32,000 bases of DNA. It comes from Bacillus subtilis subsp. subtilis str. 168. GTDB lineage: Bacteria; Bacillota; Bacilli; Bacillales; Bacillaceae. The position numbers and the translations under genes were made by a program. The first letter of the stretch is position 1, and the number at the start of each line of letters is the position of its first letter. Under the pieces are notes generated by a model. That model was not told where the DNA came from. It made no database searches and saw only the letters and a program-made list of their open reading frames with translations. Of this stretch, positions 1 to 7,208 are shown piece after piece. The stretch covers positions 3,660,001 through 3,692,000 of the forward strand of contig NC_000964.3 in the NCBI RefSeq assembly GCF_000009045.1, read 5' to 3'.

Positions 1-609
1 AACAACGGTACTCGAAATTCCCTTATCTTTTATCACAGACGTAGTCGCACTATTTATAGATGTTTTATTTGTAAAAAGAATTGGATACCCGTTTTTCGCT
101 GCATAAGGGATGACGGCCGGAGCGTCTGCATATAAGAAGCCGTTCAAAATAACAGCTTTTGAAGTCGCACCCATCGCTTTTGCCACCCGTGCAGCCGTAT
201 CATAACGGTTGCTTCCTGCAATTCGTTTAATACTTATCCCCAAGCTTTTAATCTGGTTAGCAGTGTTAGAAGAAACAGCAGGTGTTCCGCCTACAATAAT
301 TACATTTTTAGTCTGCATCTCTTTCAATCTTGTTTTCGTTTCATATGAAAGCTTATCAGAATTAGTGTAAAGCAATGGCGCATTCTTCTGGTAAGCAAGA
401 GGTGCTGCTGAAATAGCATCTGCATAGGAACTCCCACCAACAATTACAGCTGTACTTGCTGTTGAATACATTTGCTTTGATATTTGTACAGCAGTGCCGT
501 ATCTATTGCTTCCCCCAACTCTTTTCACTGAGTTATCGGCCAAAGCTGTTGGCACAAAAAGTATGAGCCCCAGAAAACACATTGTTAGGACTTTTATATA
601 AGAACGCAA
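1..609 (-). CDS. lytC: N-acetylmuramoyl-L-alanine amidase LytC (CwlB), first 203 codons; the gene continues past the window start
   Basis: Reverse-strand translation from the TTG at complement 607-609 gives (M)RSYIKVLTMCFLGLILFVPTALADNSVKRVGGSNRYGTAVQI. That is a signal peptide followed by NRY cell-wall-binding repeats. An AAGGAGG SD lies at 613-620. The frame stays open to position 1 (609 nt = 203 codons). It is absent from the ORF track because it is truncated. Confidence 0.85.
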   Translation of the reverse strand, partial: MRSYIKVLTMCFLGLILFVPTALADNSVKRVGGSNRYGTAVQISKQMYSTASTAVIVGGSSYADAISAAPLAYQKNAPLLYTNSDKLSYETKTRLKEMQTKNVIIVGGTPAVSSNTANQIKSLGISIKRIAGSNRYDTAARVAKAMGATSKAVILNGFLYADAPAVIPYAAKNGYPILFTNKTSINSATTSVIKDKGISSTVV

Positions 610-647
610 TTGATTTCCTCCTTAAATGGCGTTATATCCTAAAATAA

Positions 648-2765
648 TCAATAACTTGTCAGAGTTGTACCTGGATAGTAAAATTTCAAAATTGAACTAT
701 ATGAATCTCCAGCTTCTGCTCTTGCTTTTGCTCCATATTGACTCATTCCGATCCCGTGACCATATCCTTTACCGCTGATTGTGTACTTTGAAGTATCTTT
801 TTTTACAGTCACATAAGTACTTTTAAATACAGTCGCTCCAATCATTGTTCTTAACTCACTTGTTGGTACACTAATGGTTGTAATTTTGCTCAAGTTATAG
901 GAGCCAGTACTGCTTTTAACAAAATACTTCACTTTCATCGATGCTGTTTTTGCACGCTGCCCTTGTGTCGTTCCACTAAAGCTTAAATCGTCAATACTTG
1001 CAATTTTGACAGAATCAGCGCTTGTTTCTTTATTTTTCAAGATCCAGTTCTTAACTCCGGAAAGTCTTGCAGAATCAGTTTCAGTCGCTGAAGACCACCA
1101 AGAAGAAGGCTTCGTTAAGTCCAAAGATTTCGTATCTAGCTGTTGTTTTGACAAAGTAAGCGTCCAGCCTATTTGAGGATCCTTTGTATCTTTTTTTGCA
1201 ATCAAGTAAGGTACACTTGACGACCACACTTCATTACTAGCTTCTGTGTAACCACCATTACTGGAAGAATAAGCTGCAGTTATAAGAGATCCATTATATT
1301 TCAGAACTTTCCCCTTCGTTTGCTCTACCGCTTTATTGGTATTCGAATTCCAACTGTAGCCACCATAAACTTGAAAAGCGGTTGTATCAGGTACAGTAGT
1401 TCCTGTTTTTGTTATTGAGTAGGTTCTTGCAGCGACAGTCTGTGCTTTAAGAGCCTCAAGTGACCAGCTAGCAGGCATTTCATTCGGAATTACTCCTTTT
1501 AAGTAATCCTCAAATGGAATATTCTCATTTACCGGTCGGATATATTTAGTAGACTCAATAGAGAAATTAACCGTGCCAAGATACTGCTTTCCATCAAGAC
1601 TAATTCTGTTTGAAGTAGAATAGTTTTCTGGTTTAATTCTTAGGGAGTTTCCGTAAGTTTTGATGTTTTCAAGGTTTAATTTTCCGCTGTTGATTTTTAG
1701 ATTATAGGTGCCACCGTCAGCTAAATAAAATTCATCAGCAAGTGAATTCTCAACTTCAGCAGAAATTGAACTGGTACTTCCAATAAAGTCGTATGCATAT
1801 GTGGCTTTATCTTTCGTTATACTTTTAGCCGCAGCCGGAACGCTATCTTGTTTAACAAATAAAATTTGGCTGTTTTTCTTCGAGGCAAGCGAAGCGCCTA
1901 TCAATACGTCTGCATATTTTGTCCCGTTCGTCATTACGACTTTATCAGCCTTCAACTTTAGTTGCTTAATTATATTTGCCGTAAGTTCATATCTGGTTGA
2001 TCCAGGAATCCTTTGCACAGTTGAAGTTTTTTTAATTTGGTTTTCTACACTATCACTGACGCTAAATGAACTGCCTATAATGATGACTTGTTTTGGCAAA
2101 TCATAATCCGGAAGCTTGTCTTTCTCTGTAAGCAAAATAGGGTATCCGTGTGCTGCTGCATATGGAGCAATGGCTAAAGCGTCTTGAAATACTCTTCCGG
2201 TTACAACGATCGCTTTATCATAGCTGCCCATTTGCTTTGCAATATTTTCTGATAAGACATATCTATTTTTTCCGCTTATCCTTTTCACAGCGCCATATGA
2301 TTTCAGCTTGTTTTCTACGTCTTTTGAAATGCTTCGCGCTCCCCCAATGATTAAAATATTATCAGGGTTAAACTTAGCAATTTGTCTTTCAGTAGTTTTT
2401 GTTAACGTGTCAGGCTGAGTAAATAAAACTGGTGCGTTCAGTTTTTTCGCCAATGGAATAACAGGCAATGCATCAATAAAAATATCTCGGTTCACCAATA
2501 TCACTGTATTAGGATTTTTCCACTGGCTGTTGGATGCAAGAGTCGCAGTTTCGTATCGTGAAGCGCCTGCAAAACGATCCGTAACAGCAACATTATCTCC
2601 AGTTACTTTATAAAATCCTGTTGGCGATAGACTGATGCTAGATTTATTTCCAATATAATTTAACAATTTAACTGAGATGTTTGAGTCTGCTGCAAAAGAA
2701 ACTGATGGAATCAATAATAAGATTGCAGCAAGTGAACACACTATCAATTGTTTGCAAGATTTCAA
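648..2765 (-). CDS. lytB: LytB, modifier/enhancer of the LytC amidase (cell-wall-binding repeats plus a SpoIID-like C-terminal domain)
   Basis: 705-codon ORF with a TTG start preceded by GGGAGG. Signal peptide is MKSCKQLIVCSLAAILLLIPSVSFA. It has repeated RY-containing wall-binding modules like LytC and a C-terminal GHGIGMSQYGA motif typical of SpoIID/LytB. It lies between lytA and lytC. Confidence 0.93.
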   Translation of the reverse strand: MKSCKQLIVCSLAAILLLIPSVSFAADSNISVKLLNYIGNKSSISLSPTGFYKVTGDNVAVTDRFAGASRYETATLASNSQWKNPNTVILVNRDIFIDALPVIPLAKKLNAPVLFTQPDTLTKTTERQIAKFNPDNILIIGGARSISKDVENKLKSYGAVKRISGKNRYVLSENIAKQMGSYDKAIVVTGRVFQDALAIAPYAAAHGYPILLTEKDKLPDYDLPKQVIIIGSSFSVSDSVENQIKKTSTVQRIPGSTRYELTANIIKQLKLKADKVVMTNGTKYADVLIGASLASKKNSQILFVKQDSVPAAAKSITKDKATYAYDFIGSTSSISAEVENSLADEFYLADGGTYNLKINSGKLNLENIKTYGNSLRIKPENYSTSNRISLDGKQYLGTVNFSIESTKYIRPVNENIPFEDYLKGVIPNEMPASWSLEALKAQTVAARTYSITKTGTTVPDTTAFQVYGGYSWNSNTNKAVEQTKGKVLKYNGSLITAAYSSSNGGYTEASNEVWSSSVPYLIAKKDTKDPQIGWTLTLSKQQLDTKSLDLTKPSSWWSSATETDSARLSGVKNWILKNKETSADSVKIASIDDLSFSGTTQGQRAKTASMKVKYFVKSSTGSYNLSKITTISVPTSELRTMIGATVFKSTYVTVKKDTSKYTISGKGYGHGIGMSQYGAKARAEAGDSYSSILKFYYPGTTLTSY

Positions 2766-2788
2766 AATTTCAGGTTCCTCCCTATATC

Positions 2789-3097
2789 TTAGTTGGCACG
2801 TTCAATATCTTTTAACAGAAGCTGACCCTCATCATTTTTTTCATATGTAATCGTGACCTTATCTCCACTGTTAAACTTATCAAGATCACTTGTCGATTCT
2901 TCAGTGATATCAAGACTAACCGGCTCATTATCTACTGTTACTTCTATTGTATGAGTATCAGCTAACCCTACATAAGTACCTTCTTTTGTTTCAATGTTAC
3001 TGTCTGGCGATACATCTTCACCTTGACTCTTTTGACTATTAACCCCGCAACCCGAAAGAAGCAATATAAAGAACAGTAAAGCAATAAATTTTTTCAT
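2789..3097 (-). CDS. lytA: LytA, small membrane lipoprotein of the lytABC operon
   Basis: Start set at ATG 3097 (GAGGTG at 3104-3109, 6-nt spacer) rather than the longer ORF start at 3127. The N-terminus MKKFIALLFFILLLSGC is a typical lipobox. The product is 102 aa. Confidence 0.85.
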   Translation of the reverse strand: MKKFIALLFFILLLSGCGVNSQKSQGEDVSPDSNIETKEGTYVGLADTHTIEVTVDNEPVSLDITEESTSDLDKFNSGDKVTITYEKNDEGQLLLKDIERAN

Positions 3098-3117
3098 TTT
3101 TTTCACCTCATTATATT

Positions 3118-3143
3118 TTATCGTCAACCTATTTTATATTTTA
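3118..3143 (-). promoter_or_regulatory. Candidate sigD-type promoter for lytABC (TAAA-N14-GACGATAA)
   Basis: The reverse strand reads TAAA atataaaataggtt GACGATAA, against the sigD consensus TAAA-N14/15-GCCGATAT. It lies just upstream of the lytA SD. lytABC is known to be largely sigD-dependent. Confidence 0.4.
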
Positions 3144-3280
3144 AAGAAAAATTAAGAAACAATGAAACTTTTTTTTATAAAAAACGACTATTTTAGGATT
3201 TCATTCTTGTATTAAATAGAGTTGTATTTATTGGAAATTTAACTCATAATGAAAGTAATTTAACAGACGAGGTGCAAAGG

Positions 3281-4201
3281 ATGAGAAACGAACGCAGAAA
3301 AAAGAAAAAAACTTTATTACTGACAATTTTAACGATAATCGGACTTCTTGTACTCGGAACTGGCGGCTATGCATACTACTTATGGCATAAAGCAGCTTCA
3401 ACCGTGGCAAGTATTCATGAAAGCATTGATAAATCTAAAAAGAGGGATAAAGAGGTCAGTATCAATAAAAAAGATCCTTTTTCCGTCTTAATCATGGGTG
3501 TGGATGAACGCGACGGCGATAAGGGCCGTGCCGATACGCTCATTTATATGACCGTTAACCCAAAAACGAATACAACCGACATGGTCAGCATTCCGCGTGA
3601 CACGTATACAAAAATTATCGGAAAAGGCACAATGGATAAAATCAACCATTCATACGCTTTCGGCGGCACACAGATGACGGTAGACACTGTTGAGAACTTC
3701 CTCGATGTTCCGGTTGATTATTTTGTGAAAGTGAACATGGAAAGCTTTAGAGACGTTGTTGATACACTTGGCGGCATTACAGTTAACAGCACATTCGCGT
3801 TCAGTTATGACGGTTATTCGTTCGGCAAAGGAGAAATCACGCTGAACGGAAAAGAAGCGCTCGCTTATACCCGGATGAGAAAAGAAGATCCGAGAGGCGA
3901 CTTCGGACGCCAGGACCGCCAGCGCCAAGTCATCCAAGGTATTATTAATAAAGGCGCTAATATTTCTTCCATCACGAAATTCGGAGATATGTTTAAAGTT
4001 GTTGAAAATAATGTGAAAACGAACTTGACCTTCGATAACATGTGGGATATCCAGTCCGATTACAAAGGTGCGCGGAAACATATTAAACAGCACGAACTAA
4101 AAGGTACAGGCACGAAAATCAATGGAATTTACTACTACCAAGCTGATGAAAGCGCCCTTTCCGATATTACAAAAGAGCTGAAGGAAAGCCTCGAAAAGTA
4201 A
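3281..4201 (+). CDS. tagU: LytR-CpsA-Psr (LCP) family WTA-to-peptidoglycan ligase TagU (LytR)
   Basis: Start chosen at ATG 3281 (GAGGTG 7 nt upstream), giving 306 aa. It has an N-terminal basic stretch plus a TM helix (RRKKKKTLLLTILTIIGLLVLGTGGYAYYLW), then an LCP domain (VLIMGVDERDGDKGRADT...SIPRDT). It is divergent from lytABC. Confidence 0.9.
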   Translation: MRNERRKKKKTLLLTILTIIGLLVLGTGGYAYYLWHKAASTVASIHESIDKSKKRDKEVSINKKDPFSVLIMGVDERDGDKGRADTLIYMTVNPKTNTTDMVSIPRDTYTKIIGKGTMDKINHSYAFGGTQMTVDTVENFLDVPVDYFVKVNMESFRDVVDTLGGITVNSTFAFSYDGYSFGKGEITLNGKEALAYTRMRKEDPRGDFGRQDRQRQVIQGIINKGANISSITKFGDMFKVVENNVKTNLTFDNMWDIQSDYKGARKHIKQHELKGTGTKINGIYYYQADESALSDITKELKESLEK

Positions 4202-4205
4202 AACA

Positions 4206-4242
4206 AAAAGAAGCTTCGCACAATGTGCAAAGCTTCTTTTTT
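4206..4242. terminator. Bidirectional rho-independent terminator shared by the convergent tagU and mnaA
   Basis: aaaagaagcttcgcac-aat-gtgcaaagcttctttt hairpin with one mismatch. An A-run lies on one side and a T-run on the other. Confidence 0.7.
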
Positions 4243-5383
4243 ATTTGCCTGTAAATGAATCCGGTTGTTCTTTTCGATACCCGTAATGAAACAGCAATTC
4301 TTCCACAATCCGGCGGGAAGCCTCTCCATCTCCATACGGATTAGAAGCCTGGGACATTTTCTTGTACTCATCAGGATCAGTTAACAGCTGTTTTGCAAGC
4401 TGATAAATGTTTTCCTCATCCGTACCTGCAAGTTTCAGCGTTCCCGCTTCCACTCCTTCAGGCCGTTCCGTCGTATCACGCAGAACAAGAACCGGTTTCC
4501 CGAGAGATGGGGCTTCCTCCTGCACGCCGCCCGAATCGGTCAATATAAAATGCGATTTCGCTGCAAAGTTATGGAAATCGATCACCTCTAAAGGTTCAAT
4601 CAGATGCACTCTGTCAGAATCACCAAAATGCTTATGAGCCGCTTCCCGGACAACAGGATTCAGGTGCACAGGGTAAACGACTTGTACATCTTCAAATTCC
4701 CCTACAATTCTGCGGATGGCCTTAAACATGTTTTCCATTGGCTCACCCAAATTTTCCCGGCGGTGAGCGGTCAAGAGAATCATTTTATCCTCACCCACCT
4801 GATCGAGAACAGGATGTGAGTAACCATCCCTAACCGTTGTGTTGAGTGCGTCAATCGCTGTATTGCCCGTTACAAAAATAGAGTCGGCCTTTTTGTTTTC
4901 TTTTAATAAATTGTCTTTCGCCTGGCCTGTCGGAGCAAAATGCAAATCAGCAATCGCCCCTGTCATCTGTCGATTGAGCTCTTCCGGAAACGGGGAATAC
5001 TTATTCCCTGTACGGAGCCCCGCCTCCACATGACCGACAGCAATTTGATGGTAAAAAGCGGCTAGGCTTCCGGCAAACGTCGTCGTCGTATCACCATGGA
5101 CAAGCACAATATCGGGTTTGATATCTTTAAACAACTCATCCAATCTTACAAGTGCGTTAGACGTAATCTCTGCCAGTGTCTGCCGCTCCTTCATAATGTT
5201 CAAATCGAAGTCAGGCTTGATGTGAAACGCATCTAACACCTGATCGAGCATCTGTCTGTGCTGTGCAGTTACCGTTACATAGGAATCTATTTCAGGATAT
5301 TTTTTCAATTCAAGCACAAGCGGTGCCATCTTGATCGCTTCAGGCCTGGTCCCGAAAACGGTCATCACTTTTAGTTTTTTCAT
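4241..5383 (-). CDS. mnaA: UDP-N-acetylglucosamine 2-epimerase (non-hydrolysing)
   Basis: Start chosen at ATG 5383 (AGGTGA SD), giving 380 aa beginning MKKLKVMTVFGTRPEAIKMAPL. Motifs are of the WecB/MnaA family (HGDTTT, TDSGGVQEEAPSLGKPVLVLRDTTERPE). Confidence 0.92.
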   Translation of the reverse strand: MKKLKVMTVFGTRPEAIKMAPLVLELKKYPEIDSYVTVTAQHRQMLDQVLDAFHIKPDFDLNIMKERQTLAEITSNALVRLDELFKDIKPDIVLVHGDTTTTFAGSLAAFYHQIAVGHVEAGLRTGNKYSPFPEELNRQMTGAIADLHFAPTGQAKDNLLKENKKADSIFVTGNTAIDALNTTVRDGYSHPVLDQVGEDKMILLTAHRRENLGEPMENMFKAIRRIVGEFEDVQVVYPVHLNPVVREAAHKHFGDSDRVHLIEPLEVIDFHNFAAKSHFILTDSGGVQEEAPSLGKPVLVLRDTTERPEGVEAGTLKLAGTDEENIYQLAKQLLTDPDEYKKMSQASNPYGDGEASRRIVEELLFHYGYRKEQPDSFTGK

Positions 5384-5548
5384 ATTTGTCACCTGGTTTT
5401 CTGCTATAGTAAATAAATTCATACTACATATTCTACATGAAAATGCATCATTTTAAATCATTTCATTCTTGATTCAAATAAAATGATATAAGTTTTAATA
5501 TTAAGGATAAAGCTTGTTTAAAAATGGTTTATCCGATATCATAAAAAT

Positions 5549-5574
5549 GTGTAAAAACATATTGAAAAGGGTAA
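5549..5574 (+). promoter_or_regulatory. Candidate sigB-type promoter of gtaB (GTGTAA-N14-GGGTAA)
   Basis: Matches the sigB consensus GTTTAA-N12-15-GGGTAT at 5/6 plus 5/6 positions, about 55 nt upstream of the gtaB ATG. gtaB is a known general-stress (sigB) regulon member. Confidence 0.5.
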
Positions 5575-5628
5575 ATAGAGAATAGTTTAACCATAAATTT
5601 TTTCGATCATAAGGAAGGTGCCTTTTAA

Positions 5629-6507
5629 ATGAAAAAAGTACGTAAAGCCATAATTCCAGCAGCAGGCTTAGGAACACGTTTTCTTCCGGCTACGAAAGCA
5701 ATGCCGAAAGAAATGCTTCCTATCGTTGATAAACCTACCATTCAATACATAATTGAAGAAGCTGTTGAAGCCGGTATTGAAGATATTATTATCGTAACAG
5801 GAAAAAGCAAGCGTGCGATTGAGGATCATTTTGATTACTCTCCTGAGCTTGAAAGAAACCTAGAAGAAAAAGGAAAAACTGAGCTGCTTGAAAAAGTGAA
5901 AAAGGCTTCTAACCTGGCTGACATTCACTATATCCGCCAAAAAGAACCTAAAGGTCTCGGACATGCTGTCTGGTGCGCACGCAACTTTATCGGCGATGAG
6001 CCGTTTGCGGTACTGCTTGGTGACGATATTGTTCAGGCTGAAACTCCAGGGTTGCGCCAATTAATGGATGAATATGAAAAAACACTTTCTTCTATTATCG
6101 GTGTTCAGCAGGTGCCCGAAGAAGAAACACACCGCTACGGCATTATTGACCCGCTGACAAGTGAAGGCCGCCGTTATCAGGTGAAAAACTTCGTTGAAAA
6201 ACCGCCTAAAGGCACAGCACCTTCTAATCTTGCCATCTTAGGCCGTTACGTATTCACGCCTGAGATCTTCATGTATTTAGAAGAGCAGCAGGTTGGCGCC
6301 GGCGGAGAAATTCAGCTCACAGACGCCATTCAAAAGCTGAATGAAATTCAAAGAGTGTTTGCTTACGATTTTGAAGGCAAGCGTTATGATGTTGGTGAAA
6401 AGCTCGGCTTTATCACAACAACTCTTGAATTTGCGATGCAGGATAAAGAGCTTCGCGATCAGCTCGTTCCATTTATGGAAGGTTTACTAAACAAAGAAGA
6501 AATCTAA
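5629..6507 (+). CDS. gtaB: UTP-glucose-1-phosphate uridylyltransferase
   Basis: 292-aa ORF with a strong SD (AAGGAAGGTG). N-terminal nucleotide-binding motif is [30 protein letters not shown]. It belongs to the GalU/GtaB family throughout. Confidence 0.95.
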   Translation: MKKVRKAIIPAAGLGTRFLPATKAMPKEMLPIVDKPTIQYIIEEAVEAGIEDIIIVTGKSKRAIEDHFDYSPELERNLEEKGKTELLEKVKKASNLADIHYIRQKEPKGLGHAVWCARNFIGDEPFAVLLGDDIVQAETPGLRQLMDEYEKTLSSIIGVQQVPEEETHRYGIIDPLTSEGRRYQVKNFVEKPPKGTAPSNLAILGRYVFTPEIFMYLEEQQVGAGGEIQLTDAIQKLNEIQRVFAYDFEGKRYDVGEKLGFITTTLEFAMQDKELRDQLVPFMEGLLNKEEI

Positions 6508-6510
6508 ACA

Positions 6511-6548
6511 AAAAGGCTATTGGACATTCATCCAATAGCCTTTTTTTA
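6511..6548. terminator. Bidirectional rho-independent terminator downstream of gtaB
   Basis: ggctattgga-cattca-tccaatagcc perfect 10-bp stem, flanked by an A-run and a T7 run. It is identical to the hairpin at 13529-13566. Confidence 0.8.
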
Positions 6549-6603
6549 TTTCAACATCAAAGTCAATGTATGCTCTTCATTATCAACTGCGAAGACCTGA
6601 TCA
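6546..6603 (-). pseudogene. tagH 3' fragment (last 18 codons plus stop only)
   Basis: The reverse strand encodes [18 protein letters not shown], identical in protein to the TagH C-terminus. The 3 nt differences are all synonymous. Homology stops abruptly at 6603/6604. Confidence 0.85.
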
Positions 6604-7063
6604 ACGGCCTGCCGCAAAAATTAATAATCCCAGACAAACACACTGATTGTAGAGTTAAACAAACTAAATGAAAACATAAATACAAACATGCAGATTAAAT
6701 AGTAAATATCTTGTATTCAATGCAAGCTAAGTAAACACCACTTGCTAAAAGAACAATGACTAAACAACCAGCATTACAAAATAATTAAATAAATTTGAAG
6801 CAATTACAACAGAAGGCAGTGAACTGTCGGAAAGTTCATTTTGGCTACCATATTAATCCCTTTAACTACGCTGTTGGATTTATCAAGAATTGTCGGGCTA
6901 ATAGAAAACCACGGAATCAAACCAGCCAGCATTCAAACGATAAAAGGCACTTCTCCGATACCTGTTATGACCAGCTTACTGTTGCGCATCCCAAATACAA
7001 ACCAGTACGCCATCATTAGAATAAGGGGATTTAAAACCTGCCATAATACACCAAAATAATTGA
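6604..7063 (-). pseudogene. tagG-like ABC-2 permease pseudogene (5' and 3' truncated, frameshifted)
   Basis: Roughly 75-83% nt identity by hand to tagG 15432-15898, with small indels. The ORF-track fragment 6933-7136 reads ...[26 protein letters not shown], against Tag[27 protein letters not shown]. The first ~32 codons and the last ~88 codons are missing. Confidence 0.8.
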
Positions 7064-7140
7064 TTTTTTGGATCTTTCGGTTAAAGAAATTTAAAAGTAC
7101 CAGTGAATATTGTAACAAATGTTGAGTTTTTTTCACTTTT

Positions 7141-7172
7141 AAAAAGTAAAGAGAAGTCTCGCAGAACTTCTC
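7141..7172 (-). terminator. Candidate terminator downstream of ggaB
   Basis: The reverse-strand RNA reads GAGAAGU-loop-ACUUCUC followed by UUUACUUUUU. It lies 37 nt after the ggaB stop. Confidence 0.45.
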
Positions 7173-7208
7173 CCAACATTTGAAGTGTCAATATAAAACA
7201 AACCAACC

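Larger units (their letters stand above)
5924..6603. repeat. Direct repeat, copy A (gtaB 3' two-thirds + terminator + last 18 codons of a tagH)
   Basis: Aligns without gaps to 12942-13621 (offset 7,018). Hand count is about 31 mismatches in 680 nt. Confidence 0.9.

Noticed and set aside
1801-2350. Plus-strand ORFs 1801-2106 and 2150-2350 inside lytB. Similar ORFs lie opposite mnaA (4407-5033), ggaB (8185-8481, 9533-9748), ggaA (9991-10293), tagH (13897-15106), tagE (19049-20334), tagC (23529-24013, 24565-24753), lytD (25354-25539), pmi (27543-27851, 28265-28513) and gerBA/gerBB (29135-29329, 29726-29908, 30250-30432, 30845-31039). Out-of-frame same-strand ORFs lie within lytD (26165-26449, 26790-26981) and gerBB (30565-30780).
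   Set aside because: These are shadow ORFs opposite, or out of frame within, well-supported genes. They have no SD sequences and low-complexity, unrecognisable products.
3228-3410. The 60-aa minus-strand ORF overlapping the lytR/tagU start region.
   Set aside because: It overlaps the well-supported tagU 5' end and the divergent promoter region. It has no SD and no recognisable product.
6795-7136. ORFs 6795-7019 (+), 6841-7059 (+) and 6933-7136 (-) between gtaB and ggaB.
   Set aside because: All lie within the tagG-like relic. The minus-strand ORF is a chimera that starts at a GTG in former intergenic DNA with no SD and reads into a tagG fragment. The plus-strand ORFs are antisense shadows.
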